NCBI GenBank assembly: GCA_043228905.1
Contig: JBHGNT010000405.1
Location: forward strand, 1 to 27,977
Origin: Azolla caroliniana
Taxonomy: Eukaryota; Plantae; Polypodiophyta
Length of the DNA stretch: 27,977 nt
Direction of reading: 5' to 3'
Both the position numbers and the translations under genes were made by a program. Position 1 is the stretch's first letter. Each line of letters opens with the position of its first letter. Shown one piece after another: positions 1 to 11,884 of the stretch. The notes under the pieces are model-generated. The model saw only the letters and a program-made list of their open reading frames with translations. It was not told the DNA's origin and ran no database searches.

Positions 1-85
1 ATCTTCTTTATTGGGTAAAAAGATGATGTGTACAAGGCGACAAATTTCTATAATCTGCACTAATGAAATTTTGCATTATTCACAG

Positions 86-3000
86 GGAGCTGAAGTATCT
101 GTGAAGGAGTTGGACTCACTGCTTTCTCTTCTAGGTGAGAAGAAAAGAAAAGCCGAGCAAGAAGAGGCGGAGACAAACATGGAAATCCTTCTCGACTTTT
201 TGCAAAGACTGCAGCAACAAAAACATGAGGAATTAAAGGAGGTTAGATTGGTTGTAAAGTTGCATTTGTTGAATGAGGCCAGATTGATTGTAAAGGTGCA
301 TTTCAAGGGTTAAATGAGGTGTGGTTGACTTTAATGATGTATTCTATTATTAAATGAGGTTAGATTAATTGTAAGATGCATTTCATTGTTAAATGAGGTT
401 AGGTTGACTGTAAATTATGCGGATTAAGACTTAAGATAAGACACTTAAGATTGAGACTCAAAAGGTTTTGATCTCAAGGTAAGATTAAGAGTTTAGGATA
501 TTAAGACAAATTTAAGCTCTAGATCAAGTATATTAATGCCTAGAAAAAGTTTAAAAGACTTATAAATATGTATTTTATAACTTTTACAGCACCCATTGAC
601 CTTTTCATATTATGCTACCAGCCTTTCTATTGTTTTGTCCCTTCCCTTTCATTTTTGACCAACACTGAAGTGTACGGAAATGATCAACATAAATATGCAT
701 CTCATTGTTACTTGAGGTTAGGGTGATTGCTTGAGGTTAGGGTGATTGTAAAGGTACAGTTCATTGTTACATGAGGTTAGATTGTTTGAAAGGATGGATT
801 TCATAGTTAATGAGGCTTGATAAAATATAAAAATGCAGTTTTATGATCTTGTATCAGCAATAATAGAGATTCTTGTTTTCTTTCCAGTTGCAAGCTGATC
901 TACAGTTAATAAAAGAAGATGTTATATCCGTTGACAAACAAAGGCACGAGCTTGTAAGAGCTAGAGAAAGATACTCTGTAAAGCTAAGCATGATGTTACA
1001 TGCATCGAATCATAGTTTGGGTCATGCAGCTATGGCAGCTCCTTATGCAGCGACGGCCAATGGAGTAATTCTAGCAAAAAATGAAGCAGGGATGGCTAAT
1101 CATTCAACTACCGCCAGGAAAGATGAATGCCGAGAAACCATGTCATCAATGACTAGCCAGAAGAGGAATTTGCTCTTTGCTGGTGGACCAGTAGATTCCA
1201 ATTCCAATTCCAATTCCAATTCTCAAGGCCTTCGTGCATCCCCTAACACTGTAATCACAAAAAAGAAAAGAGTTTTAGCTCAGGTGTGTTTATCAATACT
1301 GAATTTCGAACTTGTTTCTATGTTTTTATGTGCTCAGTGTTTTCTCACACCATTTGTCTTCTCGTTAGCATTCCCTTAATTATCACATAATGCTATCCTT
1401 TTCAACTCTTAGGTTGATGAAAGTAAATTTGAAAAACCTTGTTTCAAGGAGTAACCTGGTAGAGTGCATGATCTCCACTAAAAATGAGTCACTGCTATCC
1501 TTCCTTGAAAGGTTTAGGATGGAAAGCGAAGGGTTTAAGGGCCCACAAATCAGACTAACACCAGAGTCATTAGTGTGGGATTAATGCTACATTATTATCG
1601 ACAATGTCTTGATTCGGAGTTCAAATTTGAAACAAAAAAGGATCTGAAGAATTTTGGATAATTAATGCAACATCAGATCTATTTCCTGAGACTTGAACCC
1701 ACAGAATGAAGATTGCAAAGCACAATCTTTACCATTGCAATTTAAGAGGTGCACAGAATGAAGATTGTAATGCACAATATTTGCCGCCGCAATTTAGGTG
1801 GTGTATGCATTCCATGTTTGTAAGTCATGACTTCATTCCTCTTCTATGTCTCTGCAGATCTTATGTGGAATAGACATATACAATTCCATCAATGATCCAT
1901 CTTCTCACCTAACTTGAGATTAAAGCCAAGACATGTTCTTTATATCTCTAGAAACACTTGAAAATCATACCACTAACATCAGGATGACGTTATGTTTTGT
2001 TGCATGGATTAGTAAGGCTGAATAAAAATCATAAACATACTTTTCTGTGTATGTGCGAGATTATTAACTCCGCATTCTCTTTAAGCATTGTTATCAAGTT
2101 AGCTCACTCGATACTAATCATCATTATATGTATCAAATGAATCCATTTGTTAGTGCCTGAGGTTCCTATGCTATTTTCTGCCAGTTTGAAGATCTACAAG
2201 AATGCTACTTGCTAAAAAGGCGGCGGATGACATCTCAAAAACAAAAGCAGCTAGATTTGAATTCCAAGAAAGAGAAAGAAATCAGTAATAAAAGTATTGG
2301 AAGTGCAGGCCTTGAAGACTTTCAAAGCATTCTAAATGCGTTCACACGATACAGGTTTTCCTCATTGTTTTTTGCTTCTTGTGTTTTATGCTATATGCAA
2401 AGACACCCTTATTTTAATGGCTAAAATCTATGCTATAATTACAGTCGCCTACGTGTGATAGCTGAAGTTCGGCAAGGTGATCTATTTCCTTCTTCCAACA
2501 TTGTTTCTAGGTAAGGTTATAAATTGTTTTTCTAATGAAAAATTACTGGTACTTTGTGTTAAGAAACAAGCATTTATTGTATACATACTACACAATGCAT
2601 GAAAATTTTGGATTAATATGATCATAATTTTTCGATTACAGCATTGAATTTGACCGAGATGATGAGCTGTTTGCAACGGCTGGTGTATCAAGACGAATAA
2701 AAATCTTTGAGTTTTCTACGGTATGTAAGTAGACAAAAAAGTATTGTGATTTCAATACAAATGATGAATTTTGACACTGAAAGAAACCATGTTTAACGTT
2801 TTTTGAGAAGGTGGTGAATGTACCCGCTGATGTACATTATCCAGTTGTCGAGATGTCAACGAGATCGAAGCTGAGCTGTCTCAGCTGGAATAAGCATCTC
2901 AAGAATCAAATAGCAAGTAGTGATTATGAGGGCATTGTGACTGTGTGGGATGTAAATACACGACAGGTGTGTGATCCCCGAAACCCATGAAGAAATTTGT

Positions 3001-5078
3001 GATATTTTTCCATCGTCTTATTTATCTTGAAGTTTTATTTGAGAATAATTTAGAGCATCATGGAATATGAGGAGCATGAGAAACGTGCATGGAGTGTAGA
3101 TTTTTCACGTACAGATCCATCAATGCTTGTATCGGGCAGCGATGACTGCAAGGTATATATAATGTCCCCTCTTATATATGCTTAGATTCTTCTGAGGAAG
3201 ATATATACATACATGCACAATTTTGTAGTTTATAAATGTAATGTATGTGCATGTGCTAGCGTTAGTACATGGTTTTTATGTATGGGTGATAGAGGGAACA
3301 TTTTTGTATTTGAAATTCAACATTTTTACCTGGTTTTAGCACTACTTAAATGTATAGTTTATAATACTTTAATTACATAGAAAGCTACAATCCTTGATAT
3401 GATCAAAGAAGCCATGGCCATGAGTTTCAAAATATAGTCCTTGGCTGTTCAATTCTTAGAGAAATAATTATAAGGAGTTGTATCTTGTTTCATACAGCAA
3501 GCCAGCCTCCTTCCAAGTTTATATTATTGTGCTCTGCGTTGTGTGCAAAATGTTATCTTGAGTTAAACATAAGAAACATATTCTAGAAAGGAAGTATGCT
3601 TGTATTTCATCTCTCCTTTTTTGGCTTTGTAATGCAGGTGAAGATATGGTGTACAAAGCAAGAGTCAAGTGTACTTGATATTGATATGAAGGCCAATATA
3701 TGCTGTGTTAAGTATAACCCTGGATCAAGCAATTATTTGGCGGTATGCTACATGCCTACATAACCAGTAGTAACAAACTTATTGAGCTTTTTTTCCTTTT
3801 TCGAAAGGGAATTTTATTATCAGAACCCCTGACGTTTTTCATTATTCCCCTGAATGCCTTATGTGGGCCCCTGGAAAAGAGAAAATGGGAGACGATATAT
3901 AATTACCTCAATAGCACAGATTCAGAAAGAGGAGATGAATTGAATATACATAAATAACAAATAATTGCTCTTTCCAAGGTTGCCCAAAGGCACTGGGAAA
4001 TAATAAAAAATGATAGGGTATTTGAGGAAGTAAATCAAAACTTTCAGAGTTTCTTATAGGATTAAATATTATGATTAGTGAAAGATTCTTATGAGAATTA
4101 TTTTTAGGTTGGCTCAGCTGATCATCATGTTCATTACTATGATCTCCGAAGTACCCGTGCACCATTACATGTTTTTAGTGGGCACCGGAAGGCAGTCTCT
4201 TATGTTAAGTTCATCTCGCCTACCGAACTCGCTTCTGCCTCTACTGATAGCACTCTTCGCCTCTGGGACGTCAGAGAGAATACACATGTATGTACTCTCC
4301 TTTCAACACTTGGCAACATGAATAAATATAGTTGGTTGGAGAGGGATCTCCAAAAAGACCGATCAACCTTGTATGATATTCACCAAAATACCCTTAATGT
4401 GTTTAAAAGAATTGCCTGAATACCCCTCTGCCAGAGTTTACTACTTACAGAGTGTATTCTGGTAGTTTTTCTTACCTTTTCGGGTCTTCTAATAAATATC
4501 CAAAAAGTTAGGGCTTTCTTGTTTTCCCTAATTTCTTTTAACCAAATTTTCTCATTTGAAAGAATAATACATCTGCATGTATTCTTGGCAGAACACTCAA
4601 GATTCTGTATGTTGTATATTATAATTATTAACTGGTTTTTGCTTGTGATTTCCTTTATAGGTACGGACATTGAAAGGTCACACAAATGAAAAGAACTTCG
4701 TCGGGCTGTCTGTGAATGGTGATTATATCGCATGTGGCAGTGAAACAAATGAAGTTTGTGTGTATCACAAGGTGAAAATATATTTTTAATCACAAGGCTC
4801 AGTAAGTTGTCCTAGTGGATAGGGCCTTATTTGGGAAGCACATGTATTTTAGATACACTATATCATCTCTTGCTTTTGGATTTAACGCAATATATTATGT
4901 TGCATTACAGGCGATTTCAAACCCAGCAGTAAGGCATAGGTTTCGATCTTCTGATCTCGACGACAGTGATGATGACACCCCTCATTTCATAAGTGCAGTT
5001 TGTTGGAAGAGCGAGAGTCCGACCATGCTTGCGGCGAATAGTCAAGGTACCATAAAGGTCCTTGTTCTTGCCCCATGA
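86..5078 (+). CDS. COP1: E3 ubiquitin ligase COP1, 5'-partial, 11 exons visible (561 aa; RING domain upstream of window)
   Basis: Exons join(86-241, 888-1283, 2185-2354, 2445-2510, 2642-2720, 2811-2966, 3054-3152, 3638-3742, 4108-4287, 4661-4771, 4911-5078). All introns are GT-AG and the joined frame is open to TGA. Translation contains COP1 hallmarks: [92 protein letters not shown]. Confidence 0.97.
236..840 (+). repeat. Degenerate ~36-40 bp minisatellite in COP1 intron, split by an AT-rich block at ~420-690
   Basis: Units resembling aatgaggttagattgattgtaaaggtgcatttcattgtt: about five at 236-416 and about four at 690-840. Confidence 0.8.
1194..1223 (+). repeat. (AATTCC)n coding microsatellite giving [10 protein letters not shown]
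   Basis: gattccaattccaattccaattccaattct inside exon 888-1283. Confidence 0.9.
1700..1803 (+). repeat. 52-bp degenerate tandem duplication in intron
   Basis: cacagaatgaagattg...gcacaat...gcaattta starts at 1700 and again at 1752. Confidence 0.75.
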
Positions 5079-6576
5079 TCTTCCCCAGAGTTCAATTGTA
5101 AAGCCTCCAATTTTTGTGCTTTGTGAAGATGTCTACATTGTTGAATACATTGATGTATAGAAACAGATTTTGAAGGCACTCTTTGCAAAATGCCTCTCAG
5201 ATTTGTGAAGGTACAGGAAAGAGTGAGTAAGAGAGTCACATTATTGGTTTCCTTGTTTTCAATTGTAAACGTGTGCCGAATGAGGCCGTATCCATCATTG
5301 TTACGTGTTTCAATTGTAATATATATACCTGGCTTTATTGCCATTTGAGTCACTACGTGAGTAGGCAAGTGGAGTATTGGTCTATTGAACACTTTGTTGG
5401 GACATGGCATGAAATTTTGTAAAGGTGTAAACATGATGGCCAAGATGTTATTGGAATGCTGGTATATCCCTCTTCTAGGTTTTTCTTTGTATTTGATACA
5501 ACACGTTTAAGGAATATAAAGTACTCCAGAAGTGTACCCAAAATACCATCAAGAATGTAACATTAATTTGGATGATGAAAAAGGCTTTCAGGGAACTATG
5601 ATTGACATAAAGCTACATTAACATGCTCTAGAAAAAATAATTCCGCAGAAAGTTTGAAATGAAAGCACATTTAATCTGTATTAGAGCTAACAAAATTTCC
5701 ACGATGTTGCACAAGTACTGATTTAACAAATTCTAAAAAATTGTATAGATCACCATGGTGTTTTCTTTTGGAAAGAACCATAATTTAAAGGTCAACCATG
5801 CATGCATGCATGATCATCTACAATGGCCCTGATTTTTTAATGCAATGGATTTGGTTTACTAACAGCTTCACAAATGCACAAGTGGATCTTACTCAACTTA
5901 CAAATTTCCATTAGTGTGGTGAAAGCATGACAATATCTAATGAGGCTTTGCCGTTGTGATAATTAACTCAAACAAGACATTAGATGTAATGAATATTGCT
6001 ACACCTTCCTCTTATTTGGAAAATTAGTGATGAATGAACCTTTAGAAACCATGGAGAGATAAAATTAGGTAGGTAGAAAAATTAGCAACAAGTTAGAATT
6101 ATTGACAATAACTAAAATCTCTCTTGGTACCTCCATTGGGAAAGATCAACCATCCAATTAACTACATAAAAATAAGAGTTTACGAACAACAATACTAAGG
6201 AAAATAATGTCATGTGATGCAAAAAATATTTTATTATAGTAACCCTATGAGCTTTAATGCATACGATATGACATATTGCACATACAATAAGTGTGCATGT
6301 GTGTAGGAATTACCTTGGGCATACGAGGAACAAGCTTAAGGCCTATATTTAGGTGGCAAAAGATAGTGCCAATTGACCTATAATGTGATAGGGGGCCTTC
6401 AATGTTTCCAACTGATATGAAAGGGCAAGAGTTCTCATTGTAAAGGGGCCTTTGGAGCTCCAACTTTGGATAAGTTGTTGTCCTTAAATGTATCTTTCCC
6501 ACTTCAAACAAGGAATGCTCCTAAACTTATTAAATTTACAAACTTGAATTGAAGAACATATTTGAGCAATGTAAGC

Positions 6577-7308
6577 CATAGTACGTAAAATTCGTGTTCG
6601 TCTGCCATATCATTCGTTTTCATATGTTGGAAAACGAACACGAATGATATGCAAATATTCGTGTGTTTTTTTTTTTTCATTTTTTTTCAATTTTTTTTCA
6701 ATTTTTTTCAAAATTTCCCTCTTTTCTCCCTTTTCCTCTGCACTAACGTTACGCTCTCTTCTCCTCTACAACCTAGCCTCAAACGATTTGCGATTCTGCA
6801 GAGTGCATTCAACCTTCAGGTATATTTAGTGTAGAAATATGGTTTTAATTTCAGTGATGAATTTTCAGTGCTAAAAAATCAGAAATTTCATCACGAAATT
6901 TCAGAAATTTCATCACAGAAATTTTTGTGATGAAATTTCTGAAATTTCTGATTTTTTAGCACAGAAATTTCTGATTTTTCAGCACAGAAATTTCATCACT
7001 GAAATTAAAACCATATTTCTACACTAAATATACCTGAAGGTTGAATGCACTCTGTAGAATCGCAAATCGTTTGAGGCTAGGTTGTAGAGGAGAAGAGAGC
7101 GTAACGTTAGTGCAGAGGAAAAGGGAGAAAAGAGGGAAAAATTGAAAAAAATTGAAAAAAAAATGAAAAAAAATGAAAAAAAAATGAAAAAAATGAAAAA
7201 AAAAACACACACAAATATTTGCATATCATTCGTGTTCGTTTTCCAACGTATGAAAACGAATGATATGGCAGACGAACACGAATTTTACGTACTATGGTTC
7301 ATACTATG
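6577..7308. mobile_element. Non-autonomous foldback/MITE element, hAT-like (8-bp TSD)
   Basis: ATGTAAGC duplicated at 6569-6576 and 7309-7316. Termini are CATAGTA...TACTATG. 6577-6921 is the near-perfect reverse complement of 6922-7296. Confidence 0.9.
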
Positions 7309-7425
7309 ATGTAAGCAATACAATCCACCATCGATTGGCCCAAAAATGAGCTGTAATTACATGAAACCATTTCCTTTCTTGCCAAGGCCTTGCATAGAGG
7401 AAAACCTTGATGTTTGATTCATAAG

Positions 7426-9818
7426 CAGGGCCTGAATTTGACGGGTTGGTCTTTAAGTTTTTTGACGGGCACTTTTTAAAGATGTATGTCATATGACACG
7501 AGAGTGCCAAAACTAAAATGTCATTTGACATACAAGTTTTAATAATGAAAAGCATATTATGCTTGAACTATAGAAAGTATACAAAGATACACAAATAAAC
7601 ATAACTACCTCACAAAGATAATGAAATCATACAAATTGAATATTTAAATCATCATATATTTCTTAAAACCCAAAAAACACTAATACTAATGGCTTATGGC
7701 GGTTTTCTAATACTAATGTAGTATCTTTTTTTGGAAAAAAAAAACCCAAAAAACACAAAAAATGTTTATCATACCGCGACTCCTCATATTAAGCATTGTA
7801 AAATATGTGTCTACTTCAATGATAATATCCTTCTCTCTTTTTCTTCATACCAAAGGTTAAATATATCCCTCCAACAAATGTTTGATGTATCTTGAGCATT
7901 CAAGGATATAAAGATCAAAGCATCTAAAGTTTCCAAAGATAAACCGTTTCTAATATCATTTTTTATGGTATTTTGACGTGAAAAACCTCGTTCACATGCT
8001 GCTGTACTAATAGGAATAGTCATACATAGTTGCCCCAATTGCATAATACCCGGAAATAATTGCCACCAAGATTGTGCTTTGCAACAAATATCCCATGCAT
8101 CATGCATTCCTCTTCCTTTAGCAATTCTAACAAGCATACCAACAAAATCTTCTCGTTCATTGAAGCATCTTTTCATGTCAACAATTTGCCTATCAATATT
8201 AAACTTCCCAATAAGTTTGTGCAACCATTCCGTTGTCTTTTTCTTTCTTTCATTTTCCTCAATGGGATATGAAGATGGATTAAACAACTTTACAACATTG
8301 AAAATGTAACATCCGGGAAACGATTGTTTAAGGCATCAATAACATGTTGGACAAAGTCCTTTCCAATGCTAATGCATTCATCCAAACTACCATTTTCCAC
8401 ATTACCATGAAACATATTCAAGTTGAAATCACTATCTTCATTCTCACTATCAAGACCACTCACTAGTCTTCTTGATCGTTTTGTTACCTCCTCTGGGTTT
8501 GGAATTGGTATAAACTTCAATGGATGTGAATGAGTAACATTATCACATCCAATATATGTGAGTATGCCATCTTTCATATTATGTAGAAAGTTTGCAAGAA
8601 ACATACACCCGGTGCCAAATGTTTCACAAGATACATATCGTCTTCAAAGTTTCTCATGGATGATATCCAAGTGAACACCAAGCATAGTTACATCCATTAA
8701 TTCCCTTTGGAACTGCTCATTTAATTTATTTAATTCCACAAGAATATCTGCCAATAGGCGTAACATAAATTGCACTTGGAATATAGTAGCATACTCGTAC
8801 CATTTTTTCTCATGTTTTTCCCATTGTTCTAAAATTGCAGGCATAAGTGTAACTAGTCTCTCCATTACTTGGCCTCAAGATAACCATCTTATGGAGTGAA
8901 TTTTAAGCACCTTCAAATCACCCTTACCATGTTGTTTCATTATTTCTTTTAGCTCCTTGTGTCTATTAGTTGACTTTCCCAACCAAGAGTATATACCTTA
9001 TTTGCAAATGCATCAAGGAAGCTAAACACATGTGCATGAGAAATTATATATGCATCTTTTATGGCAAGTGCTTCACGATGTGCAATGCAATGCACTCCCA
9101 AAATATTAGGCATCATGGATTGAAACTTAGAAATTGCTCCATTGTTCTTACCTACCATAGATGATGCCCCATCACTTGCAAAAGCCACTAGTTTTTTAAA
9201 TCTAAATTGCTCTCCAAAATGAATTCATTGATAGTATTATAGATACCTTCAGCTTTCCCATTTTCCACCGAAAGAAGACGCACAAATTTACATTGTGGCT
9301 CCCCTTTGCCACCTTCACTTCAGTACAAGACATAGATAATGAGGTGTTTTTCCAATGTCTGATCGGTGCTTTTATCAATCAAGATGGAGAAAAATGGACT
9401 TCCACGAATTTCATCATACAAGAGTTTTCTTGTGTGGTTCTTAATAGCCATTAAGAATTCTCTTGCAGATTTAGCATTAGCATGATCACCATATTCATTT
9501 GAGGCAGGGGCATTTGGAGTACCAAGTTCTCTTTGTAACTGACATTGTTTTACATATTTCTCTAATGGAATATCATTACAAGCATAAAAATGAACCAACT
9601 TCATGCATAAGATTATCCTCTCATTTTTTAAATGCATGATTTTTGAAATTTTGTCATCCATTGGGCCTTTCACATTTGCATTTTCCTTTTGTATCTTTAC
9701 ATGATACATAACACTTGCTATCACATGGTCGGATGACTTCGAATGCTCATTCAATGATGACAATTGCATGCTAAGTGATCCACCATCTGTAAAAACATTA
9801 TTCCTTCTCGCATCTTCA
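7426..9818 (-). mobile_element. hAT DNA transposon, 3' part, interrupted by an LTR retrotransposon at 9818/9819
   Basis: Candidate terminus CAGGGCCTGAATTTG at 7426 (hAT ends often begin CAGGG), followed by two TTTGACGGG subterminal motifs. Contains the transposase pseudogene. The second end is not in the window, so the TIR is unconfirmed. Confidence 0.75.
7811..9818 (-). pseudogene. hAT transposase (ZNF862/Tip100-like), frameshifted
   Basis: Fragments in the expected order: zinc-finger tail LNEHSKSSDH, FSILIDKSTD, AFASDGASSMVG, HCIAHREAL (CxxH), SIRWLS, dimerisation domain PISTAACERGFS. Split across several frames. Confidence 0.93.
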
Positions 9819-10251
9819 TGTTAACTCTTAGGGCCGGGCAATGGCCTAACACAGGGTGTCTACGGAAGACACTTCACCAAAGGGTGTTACGGCAAGAGGA
9901 TTAGACTCAACGCTTAATCCGACTTAATTAGGTTACTTAGCAAGATCATCCTTAATAATCACACGCGTAAGATATAACAATGAATGCAGAACGACAATTA
10001 ACACAGAGAGATAAAAACACTAATCTTTATTAATTATCCGCTCCTCATTACATTGTATCCGGGCCTTTAAATAGGTTTCCAGTCCGTAGTACAAAATGGT
10101 GCCATCATCACCTGTTCGGGATCGGTCCGGATCCGGAACGGCATACCGAATCCGGTCCGTCCGTCCACACTAATAGCTTACTTACAACCATTCCTAATAA
10201 TTAATTAACTCCTTTGTTTCACACTCTGGACTCCTTTGCCGGCCGGTAACA
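9819..10251. repeat. LTR (433 bp, TGTTA...TAACA)
   Basis: hAT coding stops abruptly at TG 9819. Terminal inverted repeat tgttaac/ggtaaca. Minus strand shows TATTTAAA (10066-10073) then AATAAA (10026-10031). Flank CTTCA (9814-9818) is the candidate TSD. Partner LTR is not in the window. Confidence 0.8.
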
Positions 10252-10253
10252 CA

Positions 10254-10270
10254 TGGCACGCCCGTGGGAC
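10254..10270 (+). other. Primer-binding-site-like sequence complementary to tRNA-Arg(UCU) 3' end
   Basis: TGGCACGCCCGTGGGAC, 2 nt after the LTR's CA. Matches the recalled plant Arg PBS TGGCACGCCCRGTGGGAC with one base missing. Confidence 0.8.
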
Positions 10271-10306
10271 AGTACCTTGTACGTCGAATCCACCATCCGA
10301 CCCTTG

Positions 10307-11884
10307 CTATTCTTCGTCCAAAATATCCAGAATGCTTTGTTCGAGAGTCTCCAATGGTTCATCTGGAATTGGTTGTTGTTGTTGTTGTGGTTGTTGTTGT
10401 TGCTCCGTTGATGGCTGCTGCGATTGGTCCTTTGGTGGCTGCTGCGGCTGCTCCTTCGTTTGATGCTCTGACACCGACGTTTCTGTCGTTGCTCCCTCCG
10501 TCGTAGTGGTCTCCGGTTGACTGGTTCCGGCCTGGCCCTTGGCCGGCAACGGTTCCTCATCACTAAGGTTAACCGTTGCCGCTTCCCGTGCTTTTTCTTC
10601 CTGAACTCGGGACCGCTCGTTGCTTTCAAACTGGATATGAGTGTCTAGCCTATCATCGTCTAGTTGAGCTACAAGTTGTTGGACCTGCACCAGCTGTTCA
10701 TCCGCCAGGACTTGGAAGTCTTCAGCCAGCTCGTCCCGTATGGCGGTGAAGTCCTCGGAAGTCAACATATAACAATCATCACGTCTGCCCGTAGCAATTG
10801 GAGTTCCGCTGTATTTTGTGCCCACTTTGTCCACCATTGTACGGAGCTTTCGTCAATCAAGCGTTTTGTCTGATTCAGCCATGCCCGGAGGATGCACTCA
10901 ATCCGGCCTGTTCCCATCTGTGATTTGATCTCCGCAACTTGTCGTTCCTCCTTCAATTGCTTGATGATTTTGACGTTGTCTTCCGCCTGCTCCTTGTAAT
11001 GCGTCAATTGCCTTTGATATGTGCTTTGTAATTTTTGCAATATCGTTGACGCTCTCTCCTTTTCTTCCTGCTGCTGCCTCTAGAGCTCCATCCGGACCTT
11101 CTCCGCCTCGTCCAACCGTCTTGTATTTTCCGCTCGTTCGTCGGCGAGCGTCGTCCGTCGCAGCCTGATCAACTTCCTGCTGGAGCTCGGCCACCCGTTC
11201 CTTATGCTCCGTTTCCAGCCGTTTGTAGTCCCGGTGCAGGTGCTCAAAATCATCTGTCTTTTGCTTGAGTCGTGCGTTGATCTGTCGACGGGCCCGGTCC
11301 TCGTGGTCCTTCTGCTGGCGGAGCTCCTCCTTTAGCCGTTCAATTTCCGTTTCTGCCGTCTTCCGTAGCTTGTCCTTTTCCTCCCTTAGCCGGTCGTACG
11401 CTTGATGGCCTTTCCGGAGGCTCTCCTCTGCCCGGCGGAGGTTCTCAGCAGTCTTCTTTAATTCTGCTTCGGCCGCTGTCTTCAATTCCCGTTCACGGCT
11501 CCTTAGCGCTTCTTGTGCGGCAAGTTCATCTCTCAATTCCGCAAGCTCCTGGGCTTGCGCCGCATCTCTCTCTGTGACGGTTTTCGTTGCCGGGGTCTTA
11601 TTAGTATGTGCAGGTTGGTCTGGTTCTTTATTCTGTACACTTACCGGAGTCACCGGTGCCTGAATCTGTGTTGCCGTTAAGGCCATTTTGGCCATTTCTG
11701 CCGTGACCTGATCCAAGTCTTTTTCAAGGCACCGGATTCTGGACCGGGCCGTCTCTAGTTGTTCGGTTGTGACGAGCAACTGTTCGCTTTGCGCTCTTTC
11801 TTCCGCCTCAATATACCCCACTGCTCCGGCAATCTGTTCGCCTATCCACTGGAGCCACAGGCTACCGGTGCATTGTTGTTGCGC
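10307..11884 (-). pseudogene. Extra ORF of the Gypsy element, C-terminal part (long coiled coil, Q/E/T-rich tail)
   Basis: ORF pieces 10898-11821, 10762-11040 and 10307-10837 link through apparent frameshifts near 11165 and 10775. Joins in frame with 15459-16644 once the nested element and one TSD copy are removed. Confidence 0.8.

Noticed and set aside
420-690. Small transposon inserted in the intron minisatellite
   Set aside because: No clear TIR and only an imperfect flanking repeat (aaattatgc/aaatatgc).
5042-6511. Short minus-strand ORFs downstream of COP1
   Set aside because: No recognisable motifs; could be old relics but unsupported.
6644-7224. Four Phe-rich ORFs
   Set aside because: Mirror-image artefacts of poly-T tracts in the foldback element.
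10224-10238. PPT with LTR border at 10223
   Set aside because: Only moderately purine-rich. The 10251 border gives a better terminal repeat and an adjacent tRNA match. Kept as an alternative.
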